A stretch of DNA of 63,875 bases, counting the filler, from Octopus bimaculoides (taxonomy: Eukaryota): assembly GCF_001194135.2 (NCBI RefSeq). It is 6 parts of 6 records of this genome, joined end to end, with 100 filler letters (N's around TTAATTAATTAA, not from the genome) between each part and the next. Parts side by side here need not be neighbours in the genome. Positions count along the whole stretch, not along the records: positions 1 to 29,394 come from NC_068986.1; 5 more parts are not named here. One strand, 5' to 3'. Of this stretch, positions 12,829 to 27,103 are shown piece by piece. The first letter of the stretch is position 1, and each line of letters starts with the position of its first letter. Position numbers and translations under genes: made by a program. Below the pieces are notes generated by a model. The model saw only the letters and a program-made list of their open reading frames with translations, was not told the origin of the DNA and searched no databases.

Positions 12829-13743
12829 NNNNNNNNNNTCTCTCTCTCAATACATGACCTGTTTTTGTATCAAATCAATGAATCATAACTGTGACTCAAA
12901 GACAACACTACCACAATCTGATTATTGAAGTGACAATTGCTACACTTACAAACACACCACTGCTTTCAATATTTAGACATTTCTTAGAACCCTCCTTAAT
13001 TCTAAAAAGCTTTGCTTGGCATTTATGCAGTTCCCTGATTCAGTCTCCCCACACAGTCTAAGACAAGTGTTTCCTACCATGGTCTTATGCTGACTAATCT
13101 CTTGTGAGTGAAATTTGGTAGGTATAAATTATGTGGAAACCTGCTGTATCATTCATTATGTCCATTTTACCATAGCATGGGCGAGATGAATACATACTAT
13201 TGTAGTATTGCTTTATAGCCAGACGCCCTTCATGTTGCTAGCACATAACTGCCTTTCAAGTGAGGGATTTTTCATTGTCCTTCTTCAAAAGAACAAAGCT
13301 GGCTGATGATTTGAGAGGAAATGTCAACAGACATCACCATTCATATAGTTCAGCAAATATTCATAGACATACATACATACATACATATATATATATATTA
13401 TATATCAGATGAGCTTCCATACAGCTTTCATTTTCCGAATCTAAATAGTACTCAAACAGTATTGGTTGACTCAGGGTTGTAGTACAAAATATCTGCCTAT
13501 TTAATTATGCACAACACACATGCCAGATATAAACATATTAAGGTGTGATTTGAAGGACAGCTGGCCACTATTTCTGGCATATTGTCATGAACATTTAATC
13601 ACTTGTCTGTTGTTAACTACAGGTTAGATACATGACGGAAAGCAATTGCATTATGTATGTATCTAGACATGCAAATGCAAAGTGCCTTCTTGAATTTTAA
13701 AATAACAGGATATGATTTGAGGATATTTGGCTGCTATTTCTAG

Positions 13744-13835
13744 TAAATTCAGTAACAACATAGAGCAGCATTTCTTGTCCTTTCTGCTCTTGGGGAAACA
13801 CTTGAAACTCATTCCATGTCCCAGGGACTCCCAAT
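13744..13835 (+). CDS. Candidate coding exon (phase 2-1; KFSNNIEQHFLSFLLLGKHLKLIPCPRDSQ)
   Basis: ctatttctag| acceptor and AAT|gtaaga donor; phase-compatible with 18276-18352. Confidence 0.22.
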
Positions 13836-14332
13836 GTAAGAAAACTATTACATATCTCTTCATTTTTTTTTCTTTTCTTTCATAAAGTAAAATTGTCATG
13901 AGACTAAACAAATCATAAAACTATTTTTGAAAGGTTTTTTTTCAGTAATAAATCAATCAACATAGATTTAAGAAATTTTGTCTGAACATTCAAGACTTTT
14001 CTCTGATAAAATTCTCAAATTATTTCCTATTGAAAGGTCAATTTTTATAACTGCTGGGTTTCCTTACCACTCCTCAATGTAGGAATTTCTCTACCGAAGA
14101 GAATATACCTTGTGTCATTATTATCATCATCACTGTGGTTTTAAAGTCAAATTTTTCATTTGCATGGGTCAATCTGATTTTCAATGGCTGGAGACCTTTC
14201 CTGTCACCAACCTTCAACAGTTTCTAAGCAAGGTAATTTTGCCCAATAAGTGAACATGTTTTTCAAGGAAAACTAGAATTAAATGGCACTCATTTACAAC
14301 TATCATGCTGTGTGTCAAAACAAGGTGGCATG

Positions 14333-14381
<49 letters not shown>

Positions 14382-15631
14382 TACTGTATGTCTGGGAAAT
14401 GTATTCACAAGGTTTTGGTCAACCTGGGGTTATAATAGGCACTTACCAAACGTGCCATATCATGGGATTGTTGGGGGACAAGTTTCTTTATCACACAGCC
14501 ATGCCAAAACATATATTTAAAAAGAAATTGAAATACATTTATAATTCAAATGGGGAGAAGTTGGTATTTAAAACAATTATATAGTAATCTAGACCTTGCA
14601 GAAAATCTGAAGTGTCTTCAGGTTTCAGAATTTTTCAGTCACAGAAAACAATAGGTAGCTTTTGGCCTCAAAACTATATTTCACTAATTGAATACTTTCA
14701 TGAGAAATTAAATACAGATATCAATTACTACTGGTGAAATAATGTCAAGGATAGATTAACAAGCAAACAATTGTTGAAACTTAAACAGTTCTCGCATAAA
14801 CCAAAAGGCCTTGAGTCAAAAAGACAGCCTTTACATAGTTGCTTAGTCTGCTTGAAATGGCAAATAATTTCCCCCTCAAATCACATAACAATAACACTTT
14901 TATTACTATATTTCTGTTGAAATACACTTCCTTCATTTTAATTAATTTTGAAAATAATGACAAATTAAGTAAAATAGCATTTTGTTGTTATTAAGCTGGT
15001 GCTTGAAATAGAAACTAACATGAATTTTTCAATCATAGGTTTTACTTTAGATCATTTTGAAATAGGAAGCTTGTACCCATAGATGGTCTCAGGTCTGTTA
15101 GTGTCAAAAGGATTGAAAAAGAAAAAAAAAAAAAAAAGGAAGGACATATACGTCTAGTTCAGATGACAAAATGGTCATGGCTAGAATGCTTTAAATTAGA
15201 TTTATAGGTTTGCTTGATCCTTGTTGGCCTGAGGTTAAATAAGTAAAACCTTTTAAATCATTAAATGAAAAGCTTTAATCCAATTTAAGAGCTATATATA
15301 TATATATATANNNNNNNNNNNNNNNNNNNNNNTATATAGTAAGTGATTTAATTTCGAGGTGATTAGCGGGCAGGGTGGGGGAGAAAACAAAACTTAAGCA
15401 TTTACATCATGGAACAACTATTTTAGCCATTTTAAAAACACGCAAAAGTGTTTCACTTCACCTTTCATTTACTTCTTGGGGTGTCAAAATTTTCTGCACA
15501 CATTTGTGTGCCTGGTCAGTGACATCATTTCCCATTATCTCCACCTGCAGCAGAATGCATACTAACATGAGATAGTTGCCTCTATAGGATGAATCTATGT
15601 TATTAGACGTACCTCATGTTAGTTTCATCGG

Positions 15632-15850
15632 CCATCATCATCGTTTAACATCCGCTTTCCATGCTAGCATGGATTGGACGATTTGACTGAGGACTGGCAA
15701 GCCAGAAGGCTGCACCAGGCTCCAATCTGATCTGGCAGAGTTTCTACAGCTGGATGCCCTTCCTAACGCCAACCACTCTGAGAGTGTAGTGGGTGCTTTT
15801 ACGTGCCACCGGCACAAGGGCCAGTCAGGCGGGTACTGGCAACGGCCAAA
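15632..15850 (-). mobile_element. RTE-type 3'UTR fragment (young copy)
   Basis: catcatcatcgtttaacatccgctttccatgctagcatgg...; further copies at about 25440-25625, 26085-26335, 45587-45740 and 46240-46545. Confidence 0.75.
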
Positions 15851-16784
15851 CTGCATTATGACATGTTGGAAGAGGGTATTAATTTTGGAGTTTTCCTCCT
15901 AAATTGATTGCTTTCACTGCAACTAAGGAGCTCAATCTACTCTTACAAAAATCTATTTAGCCATAGACAAGACCCTGACAGGTACAACTGTTCTAGATCA
16001 GTACAGATCTGAGAGTAATGGTAATTGAGAGGTTACTCCATGCCCCCCACCCCACAACTGCAGAATTCCCAAACAGAAGCCTCACCACTGGATACAGTTT
16101 TTATTGTCATAACCCAGTTTAATGTACAACCCGGATATTGATATAATCCCACTGCAATCTAGTTAGATTTTATAGTAAAACTATGTAATTGACATTAATG
16201 ATTACAATGTAATTTATGACATTAATGATTACAATGATGTACTGATTGTATAATTAATTCTAGATAACAGAAATTATTATATGGATGAAAGTGGTACAAA
16301 GTACAGCCAGCCATCACTCATCAGAGAGTACAGTGTGGTAACATGTAACATACTTTTGCTAATTGTTTTACTTTAAGGTGTCCATGTAGTTGTTTCTGGT
16401 ACCCATGTAGTTGCAAGCAGACATAGAAACCCTCTTGGTCTCCTCCCTCTTGATTTAGTGGAATGTCCTGATGTGACTGCTGGAGGGTGGAGGGCCTGTA
16501 CCAGCACCTGGTTGGTACTTTTTAAAGATGAGGAGACTGGAACAACATAAAACGAAATATCTTGCTCAAGAACACAATGCACTGCCTGGTCCAGGAATTG
16601 AACTCTCAACCTGAAGATGATGAGCTTGAACACTATAACCATTAGGCCATGAGCTTTCATGAATGAAAGTAGAAGCTTAACACAGTTTGAAGGTTTATGC
16701 AGTCATCAGAAGGACTGTATATATGAGGGCATTACATAAAAGAGCAGTAATCATAAATGTTTAAATGGCTGTTATTCTGTTACA

Positions 16785-17017
16785 GTGTGACAAGGCTGAC
16801 CCTTTGAATTACAGGCACAACAGAAACAGGAAGTAAGAGTGAGAGAAAGTGGTGGTGAAAGAGTACAGCAGGGTTCGCTACCACCCCCTGCTGGAGCCTC
16901 GTGGAGCTTTAGGTGTTTTCGCTCAATAAACACTCACAACGCCCGGTCTGAGAATCGAAACCGCGATCCTATGACCGCGAGTCTGCTGCCCTAACCACTG
17001 GGCCAATGCGCCTCCAC
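16785..17017 (-). mobile_element. tRNA-derived SINE type E
   Basis: Minus strand gtggaggcgcattggcccagtggttagggcagc...ggtttcgattctc (A and B boxes); shares its 3' segment (tgtgacaagg..ccctttgaa) with type D. Confidence 0.7.
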
Positions 17018-18275
17018 GATCTAAATTTATCAAACAACTAAGTTGCAATTTGTGATAACGCCAATTTTACACCGACAAACATAAACCCTCTCTCTCACAC
17101 ACATACACATACACAAGCTTCTGCACAGTTTCCACCAAACAAATGTCTCTTACAAGGCATCAGTCAACTACAGTCGGTATAGTAACGAAATTTTAAAAAC
17201 TGACAATCGCAAAATTGATATTGATTACACACAGCAGGTAAACCGAGGTATTTTTAAAAGAAATAAAAACTGCTTAACAGCTGATCTAAACTAAATCTGG
17301 TCATTTAAATCCTCTATTCACGATTTTGATATGGAGATTAACAGATTGGAGATTAATGGAATTATGATCATAATTTGTCTTTCACATAAAGATGTGTGCC
17401 TGCTGCTATAGTTTAAAGATACTACTGCATTGTCAGGAAATAATGTGTAGAAGAGAAGAATGGCATTTATCTTCTGCAGCCATCTGAGTATGTTTGGTTA
17501 GTGAAGCTTCCAGTTGCAGACTAGTAGTTCAATGTTCTATGTTACTGATGTCAGAAAATACTAATTTATAATATATGTGGAATTAATATCATAATATAAA
17601 TATATTCTGTGCATAGTGAAAGATTATATTAGGATTTGTACATAGAGCAACATAGGTTAGCACCGACTGTTGAGGTTTTGAATGGTTGTGTATGCGTTTG
17701 TGACCACCCACATTGATGGATACAGTCTCCAGCACATTGCTTGTTTGAACAGAAGTAAATATGTTTTGCATGTTAAAATAATGTACATGCAAAGACATTT
17801 TTTTTTGTCTTTCTTTTTACCTTTTGTTACTTTGTTTGATTGGTGGGTTTTTTTTTAATCTTTCTGAACTTGTAAACAAATTTGCAGATTAGTGAGAAGG
17901 AGGAGGAAAGTAGATATTGGCTCAGTGACAAGCATTCACAGTTAAATTAGTTCACTAATCTCAACAAGAAGTGAATATGGATACAAATATGCAGAGAGAG
18001 ACCACACACACACACACACACAGATGACAGACAGACAGATAAGAGAGATAGGAGAGAACAAATAAGACAATCATGACTAAAATGCAATGCCTTGGTCTTT
18101 TGTTTCAGTCATTTGACTGTGGCCATGCTGGAGCACCGCCTTTAGTCGAGCAAATCAACCCCGAAGACTTATTCTTTTGTAAGTGCAGCACCCTAACCAC
18201 TAGGTCATACGCCTTCACACTGTACAATATACAACTTATGTAATACATACAATGTTTGTTACGTTATTGTTTTAG

Positions 18276-18352
18276 TGTACAGCTGGATTTATGTCAAGCA
18301 AGGACTGCTGCTGAAGAAAGATGAGAGAATGTGCATTCAGATACCTGGAAAG
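18276..18352 (+). CDS. Candidate coding exon (phase 1-0; YSWIYVKQGLLLKKDERMCIQIPGK)
   Basis: ttattgttttag| acceptor and AAG|gtaaca donor; only one frame is open. Confidence 0.35.
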
Positions 18353-18796
18353 GTAACATAGGAACAAAATTTAAGTGAACTTGACACATCAGTAATTTAC
18401 AGCAGGAGGTGTAATTTTAGACATTTTAGATGGTTCTGGAAGAATTAGTTAAGTTTTTAGTTTAATGACATACCCAATTGTTATGGTAACATACTTAGCA
18501 TTGAAGCTAGCAATGAGTAAGAGGGTGGTGTAGGAAGTTCAAGGAGCAAAATTACCTGTTAAATGTTGAAGAATTACTGCGTCTTTATGAAAAAATTGTA
18601 ATAATTATCCAACTGAGAAGGAATAAGTTTAGCATAAACTTAAGTAACGTATGAGCTTATGTGCAACAAAAGGAAGAAGAAAAAAAAGGCAAAGGAAAAG
18701 AAGATATCAGATGATATAAACAGATGATTGCACTGTGCATAGATGGAGATGTGACGTAAACCATGATGGATGTTTTTTGGAAATACACCATGATTT

Positions 18797-19027
18797 ACTC
18801 TTTTACTTGTTTGAGTCATTTGAATATGGCCATGCTGGAGCACCGCCTTTAGTTGAGCAAATCGACCCCAGGACTTATTCTTTTGTAAGCCTAGTACTAA
18901 TTCTATCGGTCTTTTTTGCCGAACCGCTAAGTTACGGGGACGTAAACACACCAGCATCAGTTGTCAAGCAATGTTGGGGGGACAAACACAGACACACAAA
19001 CATATACACACATACATACATACATAC

Positions 19028-19086
<59 letters not shown>

Positions 19087-19245
19087 CGAAGGGCTTCTTT
19101 CAGTTTCTGTCTACCAAATCCACTCACAAGGCTTTGGTCTGCTCGAGGATACAATAGAAGACACTTGCCCAAGGTACCACGCAGTGGGACTGAACCTGAA
19201 ACCATGTGGTTGGTAAGCAAGCCACTTACCACACAGCCACTCCTA
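18797..19245 (-). mobile_element. Type A composite SINE
   Basis: Near full-length reverse complement of 2180-2648. Confidence 0.8.
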
Positions 19246-20340
19246 CACCGTGTCCACTAAGGTTCAACAAGTCTTCCACAGGAAGGCATCTCACCACTTG
19301 TTGCACTTGTTTGACTTTTATGGGGTTCAGCCTCTTGAAACTAGCTTTGATCACTTCTCAAATTTTCCTAAGACTTTCTTTTCCACAAGTTCTTTCTTCA
19401 AGTGCTATGTAATCCAAGATTCTTGAATCCCTTGGCAGTTCTCTACTCACCTGCCATTCTCAATACATATCACATGCCTACTCTAGTACAGTCTTTTCTC
19501 TTTTACACTACAACTGTACATTCTTGTACACTTTCTTCTAGTCTTTCTCTCAACTCCTTTCATTCAGTGTTCATGCACACAAATATTCCTTTCTACTATA
19601 GGCACAAGGCCTGAAACTTTGGAGGAGGGGGACAGTCAATTACATTGACCCCAGTGGTCAAATGATACTTATCTCATTGACCTTCAAAAGATGAAAACAA
19701 AATTGACCTAGGCAGAATTTGAACGCAAACTGTAAAGACAGATGAAGTGGTGCTAATCATTTTTGTCCGGTATGCTGATTCAGCCAGCTCCCCTTTGCAT
19801 ATCTATTAGAACATGCTTACTTCATCTTTTTCAAGCCTTTGCTCATCTTCTGCATAAAATACCTATTTTTTTCTATTATGCATGATTGCACTATGTTTCT
19901 CCCTCACACACACACACACACACACAATTATACAATTTACCCTTTACTTAAATCAGACATGGGGAAAAAATTTATGGGATCGTCCAGGCTAGAATTGCTG
20001 TATTGCAAATGGGTTACAATTATCCAACATGAAAACATATTTAAACTGAATAATAATGGAACAAAAATTCCAACTATTTATATAGAGTGATCTGAAACTA
20101 TCAATCAAATTATCACTTTTTAACATCCTCTTTTCCATGCTTGCATGGGCTGAATAAAATTTGTTGAGGTGGATTTTCTACAGTTGGATGCCCTTCCTGT
20201 TACCAACATTCACCTGTTTACAAGCAAGGTGATATTTCCGATATTTCCTCAATGATCTGATCTTGGAAGACTGGGAATGAAGGACATTGCTTGTATGGCA
20301 GTGACATTCTCATCATACAATGTTAGGATAAGAACACAGC

Positions 20341-20381
<41 letters not shown>

Positions 20382-21084
20382 TACACACACACACACATAT
20401 TACACACACACACACACACACAATGGGCTTCTTTTAGTTTCTATTTACCAAATCCATCCATAAGGTCTTGGTCAACCCCAGGACTATATTAGAAAACACT
20501 TGTCCAAGGTGCCATGCAGTGGAGCTGAACTCAGAACTATGTGGTTGGGAAGCAAACTTCTAACATGCACCCATGCCTGTGCCAACAGTCACACCTGCAT
20601 AATGCTTTAAAATAAAACAGATTCTGAACCATGTAGAGTTACTACACAAACCACATTTCCAGATACATTCTGGAGATACTTTGTACTGTAATCAGTCACA
20701 TGGTTAGCCGGCAAATAAAAGATGTGGTTAGAGACTAATCAGTGAGCTCGTGCCTTTTCTGTCTCAACTCGGTGCTTATAATAAATATCTAATATCATTG
20801 TAGAGGTGTTTAGATTAGCAAGGTGTATTGATTCAATTACAAGCAGCACCAGTTAAAATTGGTGAACCAGATGTACAGCAGTTACAGCACGAATAGTCTT
20901 AAACTGCTGAGATGACTCACTGGTGGTGGCGATGTTAGAAGAAAGGGGGAGGAAGAAGAAGAAAGAAATTGAAGAAGAAACATCAAAATGAGTTTAAGGA
21001 GAAAAAAGTAGTGGTAGTAGGGAGTCGTCGTTTTAAGGATTTGAAAGGTATGAAATGAGTTTAAGGAACAGGTCTGACCACTGT

Positions 21085-21125
<41 letters not shown>

Positions 21126-21534
21126 CTCTGACTTGTTTCAGTCNNNNNNNNNNNNNNNNNNNNNNNNNNNNNNNNNNNNNNNNNNNNNNNNNNNNNNNNN
21201 NNNNNNNNNNNNNNNNNNNNNNNNNNNNNNNNNNNNNNNNNNNNNNNNNNNNNNNNNNNNNNNNNNNNNNNNNNNNNNNNNNNNNNNNNNNNNNNNNNNN
21301 NNNNNNNNNNNNNNNNNNNNNNNNNNNNNNNNNNNNNNNNNNNNNNNNNNNNNNNNNNNNNNNNNNNNNNNNNNNNNNNNNNNNNNNNNNNNNNNNNNNN
21401 NNNNNNNNNNNNNNNNNNNNNNNNNNNNNNNNNNNNNNNNNNNNNNNNNNNNNNNNNNNNNNNNNNNNNNNNNNNNNNNNNNNNNNNNNNNNNNNNNNNN
21501 NNNNNNNNNNNNNNNNNNNNNNNNNNNNNNNNNN

Positions 21535-21569
<35 letters not shown>

Positions 21570-21572
<3 letters not shown>

Positions 21573-21730
21573 GACGGGCTTCTTTCAGTTTCCATCTACT
21601 AAATCTACTCACAAGGCTTTGGTCGGCCCGAGACTATAGCAGAAGACACTTGCCCAAGATGCCACGCAGTGGGAATGAACCCGGAACCATGTGGTTGGTA
21701 AGTAAGCTACTTACCACACAGCCACTCCTG
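21570..21730 (-). mobile_element. Type A SINE left arm
   Basis: Reverse complement of the type A head and CORE-like part, adjoining (AT)n and a gap. Confidence 0.75.
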
Positions 21731-22074
21731 TGTATATATATTAATGAACAATTATATACACATGCTGAAAAAAAAATTAATTAAGTGTATATATTTCCTA
21801 TTTTTCTTTGTTTTTGTATTGCAAGATATTTTTATGTGAATTTGTTGATGTGTCATAACATTAATAATAACAACAGATGCACAGGTTCAATTCCACTTCT
21901 TTATTGCCAGTCAAATGATTAGATTGGTTAAATATCTAACCAACTAACTAATCAACTGCTTGTTTAATGTGCTGGTTAAATAATAATTCAGTCATTTAAC
22001 CAGCAGATTAAACAAACATTGGAGAGGAGAAGTTGTAAAGTCATTGAGGTTACAAACAGTAATGAAAACTTAAG

Positions 22075-22242
22075 GTGCAGGAGTGGCTGTGTGCTAAGTA
22101 GCTTGCTTACCAACCACATGGTTCCGGGTTCAGTCCCACTGCATGGCATCTTGGGCAAGTGTCTTCTGCTATGGCCTTGGGTCGACCAAAGCTTTGTGAG
22201 TGGATTTGGTAGGCAGAAACTGAAAGAAGCCCGTTGTATATA

Positions 22243-22280
<38 letters not shown>

Positions 22281-22712
22281 NNNNNNNNNNNNNNNNNNNN
22301 NNNNNNNNNNNNNNNNNNNNNNNNNNNNNNNNNNNNNNNNNNNNNNNNNNNNNNNNNNNNNNNNNNNNNNNNNNNNNNNNNNNNNNNNNNNNNNNNNNNN
22401 NNNNNNNNNNNNNNNNNNNNNNNNNNNNNNNNNNNNNNNNNNNNNNNNNNNNNNNNNNNNNNNNNNNNNNNNNNNNNNNNNNNNNNNNNNNNNNNNNNNN
22501 NNNNNNNNNNNNNNNNNNNNNNNNNNNNNNNNNNNNNNNNNNNNNNNNNNNNNNNNNNNNNNNNNNNNNNNNNNNNNNNNNNNNNNNNNNNNNNNNNNNN
22601 NNNNNNNNNNNNNNNNNNNNNNNNNNNNNNNNNNNNNNNNNNNNNNNNGTTCGACTAAAGGCGGTGCTCCAGCATGGCCACAGTCAAATGACTGAAACAA
22701 GTAAAAGAGAGT
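22075..22712 (+). mobile_element. Type A composite SINE (gap within its microsatellite)
   Basis: Head ggagtggctgtgtgctaagtagc; right-arm end ggcggtgctccagcatggccacagtc. Confidence 0.78.
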
Positions 22713-23323
22713 AACTGAATTGTTTAAACCAGCACATTAGACATTTAACCAGTTGATTAACAACGAAGAAGTAGAATTGAGCATCTCTCTCTCTCTCTGT
22801 GTGCGTGCGTGTGTGCGTGTGCGTGCGTGCGTGCGTGCGTGCGTGCGCGCGCGAGAGAGAGAGATAGAGGGAGAGAGAGATAATGACTGCCCCAAGACAC
22901 AAACAATATTTCCTATTTGCTACATCCGAAAAAGGGGAGATGTCCATGACCTTTACAACCCTTCCAAGACCAACGAGCTTAACAATATTCTATTTAAACA
23001 TTTCAGTCTTTTACATACCAACCTGTCTGAGACAACCTCAGGTTTTATTTTACGAAGCTCCGTTGTCAAGAGATTTTTTAAATTTTTTTTTTTATTTAAA
23101 TTAAGACCCATCATAATTTTATATTAGAACCATTTTTGTTAAGTTACATTCTACATAACCAGATAAATAGCAAGAAAGTTATTTCATTGAATCCCTTCAA
23201 ATTGTTATTTTAAAACTGAATTCATACAAAGTATTTCTTTAAAAATACAGCCATGAAAAAGCTACAGTTGTAACACTACACACAAGATTTCAAAGCTGTT
23301 GTGTCCTATGGGAAACGCTAAAG

Positions 23324-24049
23324 CAGTGGTTCTCCACTGAGGTCCATGTAAGATTTTGCTGTTAAAAGTCATGTACAATAAATTTGGTTTTACTTTTGCA
23401 ATACACAAAATGTCTAAAATTCTTTTATGCAATTCCTAATAATATTTAATTATAAAATATATAATAGCCAAAACAGACTATGGAACCTGGCCACAAATTT
23501 TTTTTTCCCCACAAGAGTTCCGGACCCCAGCAATGAACTCATTTGCATACAGCCAATCAGAGCTCACCTTGACCTTATTGTCAAGTTAAAAACACACTCT
23601 ACCAAGTAAACTAAAGACTCCAAATGTCACTGTAAGTCAACTGATCGCCAAGTTATGCTTGATTTTAAAAGGAGGCAAGTAATTAGATTTGCATCTATAC
23701 CTATTGTTGGATTTTGTTAGGGCCCCATATGGTAAAGATGTGGATGGGGGAAAAATGTGGGTTGAGGGTGATGTGCTAGCAACCCTCTCCTCTTACTATT
23801 TTACAAAGTAAACAACACAAATAACTATGCAGAGGCAGCCATGCTTGAAACAAGAACAAGCAAAAGAAAAGAGGCATGGTCATTCCTTACCCAAGTGAAC
23901 TTAGCTTATCTATCGCCCATCACTCATAAATTAAGGGTGAGGATAATGATAGGCTTTTTTAAACATGAATGGTTATGAGGGTCCATCTGAATAAAATAAA
24001 AATCACAGGGGTCCATAGGTATAAGAAAAAAACTGTTTGAGAAACACTA
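23324..24049. mobile_element. Older hAT MITE of the same family with about 400 bp extra internal sequence
   Basis: cagtggttctc... / ...ttgagaaacacta; 6/8 TSD match (CGCTAAAG/CTCTCAAG); 23960-24049 is reverse-complement-similar to 48011-48085. Confidence 0.65.
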
Positions 24050-25301
24050 CTCTCAAGTAAATTAATGTAATTGATTTTAGTTTTGATGATCAGCAACTCA
24101 AGATATAGGATGTCCTATTCATTTATCTCACAGAAGTGCAATGATCAGAACCAATCATGTGACTTCTAATCAAATATCTCAGTTGATGTGAGTGACATGG
24201 AGAGCAATTAACTGTCAAAATAAGACCAACTGAATTATTTTCCTATTATCTGAAAAAATGTGGGCCTAGCATAGTAGTTTAACTCCTTTGATATCAACCC
24301 ACTTGAAAGTGTGGTGGATTCTCTGATAAACACTTCCTGCTTTGAGATCAAAATTAGAAGCTTACATCAGGACAAAGTTATTTCACTAAATTTCTCATTA
24401 TTTTCAAAACCAATTGAAACGAAGACAGTGTATGTCTTAAGAAATATGACAACAAAATGATTACTGAAGTTTATCATTATATGTTACTACCATTGCTTTC
24501 AATAGTATACCATACCATCAAATGTTCCTGTATCACAATGGAGTTGATTGTTGGGTCAAGGGGTTAGCTAGGGGTATTGGTTGTGAATACTGGCGTGCTA
24601 GTGTCAAGATATGGACAAACTACACTTTAGATCGGCAGTCAAGACTTAAGCAGCTATGGCTTCCAACATAAAAATGTAAGGTAAATGTCAATGAGATGCG
24701 ATTTGAACGTTTGCTCTTCACATTATTAAAAAAAATTAGAACCCAACAAAAATAATTCCTAAATAGTGACTTGAAAAAAATTATGAAGATGATGATAATA
24801 ACAACTCTTTCATTTAATATCAAAAGAAATGATCTAAAAAAAAAAAAAAAAACTACTTTTTAAATACAGAAATTTTCACTCCAACCCTTGTTTTACAATC
24901 TTTTCATCCTTTATTATCTTGTTTTTCTTTCTCTCTCAAGATTGCGCAGAATCAAATTTCAACTTAGAACTTTTGTTTTCATACAGCTAACATCCTTTAC
25001 AACTGTTAACCATTCAATTAAGGGGAGGTGGGAAAGAAAAGAATCTGCTTTACTCTAGAAGGAAGAAGCATTTAATACTCTTCAGTTTATTTAAAGGAAA
25101 CTTTCTTTTCAAATTAACATTACTACATGCAAGCTGACCCAGAAACCCTAAACCCAGTTGTGCTCTAATACCCATGTCCCTTTTGCCAGCATTTTTAAAA
25201 GCAGAGTTCTGCAGCCATCTCAGAACACATATTCAATGAAATTAAATTCTCAGATACCATAGAATGCTATGAATAATAATGTTAAAAATGTAGGGTTGCA
25301 G

Positions 25302-25355
25302 GCTTGGTTTGCACAATTAAGAGGTCCACTTCAATACCTGTGCTCAGAGCCTTAG
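25302..25355 (+). CDS. Candidate coding exon (phase 1-1; GLVCTIKRSTSIPVLRAL)
   Basis: ttgcag| acceptor (weak pyrimidine tract) and TAG|gtaagt donor; 54 nt open frame. Confidence 0.3.
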   Translation, partial: AWFAQLRGPLQYLCSEP

Positions 25356-26472
25356 GTAAGTATCATCTACCATAGCACATGGTATGGAATTTGAAAGATT
25401 ATGGTATGACATTGTGAATATGAACATTATATATCAACATCATTTAACGTCCATTGTCCATGCTGGCATGGGTTGGACGGTTTGACCAGGCTGGCATGCT
25501 GGAAGGCTGCACCGGACTCCAGTCTGATTTGGCATGATTTTCTACAGATGGATACTTTTCCTAAAGCCAACCACTCAGAGTGTAATGGGTGCTTTTATGT
25601 GTTACCGGCACAGGTGCCATTTGCATGATATATATGCATGCACGGCCATGTGTATGCATCTTTCTGTTGCTGATCATGGAGAAAATTAAAATAGATGGTG
25701 ATTTACAAATGAAGTCCCTTCAGATACTTGGACAACACTGAATTGTAGACATTCCTTTCTCTTCTTCACTGTCCAACATGTAGGGATCAGTGACTGACCC
25801 ACAGGAAACCTGTATCCAATGATGCTGTTCACAAATTGTCATGTTGTAAAATATTTAAAAAATATCAATCAGTCTCTCCCACCTATTAACCTCTGATTTC
25901 TGTCACTCTGGTTCTGTTTTTTTCATTCTATCCTTCTCTTATTTTAGCTTTCTCCCCATACAGTTGAATTGGAAAAAAAGAAATTAATGAATGGAGACAA
26001 AACAGGGAACAAAAGGCTTTCTTTAGTCAGCTGAGAGTGGAGGGAGGCATTCTCTGACACTGGTACCCAGAGTAGAGAGAACTCTTTAATCTTACTGGTG
26101 ACAAGACAACCTCTCTAGTGTTGGTGCCACAATAAAATGTACCCACCTTCTGTAAAGTGGTTGGTGATAGGAAGAGCATCCAGTTGTAGAAGCCAAGACA
26201 AAAATGAACAGGTAAGACATGATCCCTGACCTGTTGAGAGGGAAGGCAGTAATTCTAAATACGAGCTCACTTGAACCAAGATGACTTACCCAATCCATAC
26301 CAGCATAGAAAAGCAGATGTAAAGGACATTGCACAATGTAGTCCAGGGTCCTTTACATTTTTGATACCAGAGTTGATATGGTCATGGTTGAAATGTCTTT
26401 GATCATAAGTCTTCTTGACCAAGGTTGACCTGGGGCTAAACAATAATGCTTTAAAATCCTGAAGCTTCGAGT

Positions 26473-27103
26473 ATGACTAAAGACATCATTGACTAAAGGC
26501 ATCATTGACTAAAGGCATCAATGACTATAGACACCATTGACTATAGACACCAATGACTATAGACACCAATGACTATAGACACCAATGACTATAGACACCA
26601 ATGACTATAGACACCAATGACTATAGACACCAATGACTATAGACACCAATGACTATAGACACCAATGACTNNNNNNNNNNNNNNNNNNNNNNNNNNNNNN
26701 NNNNNNNNNNNNNNNNNNNNNNNNNNNNNNNNNNNNNNNNNNNNNNNNNNNNNNNNNNNNNNNNNNNNNNNNNNNNNNNNNNNNNNNNNNNNNNNNNNNN
26801 NNNNNNNNNNNNNNNNNNNNNNNNNNNNNNNNNNNNNNNNNNNNNNNNNNNNNNNNNNNNNNNNNNNNNNNNNNNNNNNNNNNNNNNNNNNNNNNNNNNN
26901 NNNNNNNNNNNNNNNNNNNNNNNNNNNNNNNNNNNNNNNNNNNNNNNNNNNNNNNNNNNNNNNNNNNNNNTCAATGACTAAAGACATCAATGACTAAAGA
27001 CATCAATGACTAAAGACATCAATGACTAAAGACATCAATGACTAAAGACATCAATGACTAAAGACATCAATGACTAAAGACATCAATGACTAAAGACATC
27101 AAT
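26473..27103. repeat. 16-bp minisatellite (CAATGACTA[T/A]AGACA[C/T])n spanning a gap
   Basis: Contiguous units with no spacers on both sides of the N run. Confidence 0.95.

Noticed and set aside
17589-17798. Minus ORF with INVGG (BTB-like) and HKRIH (zinc-finger-like) words
   Set aside because: Isolated short words; no Cys pair, no domain continuation, no convincing splice sites.
26473-27103. Regular repeats resembling a CRISPR array
   Set aside because: Units are contiguous with no spacers, and the DNA is eukaryotic.
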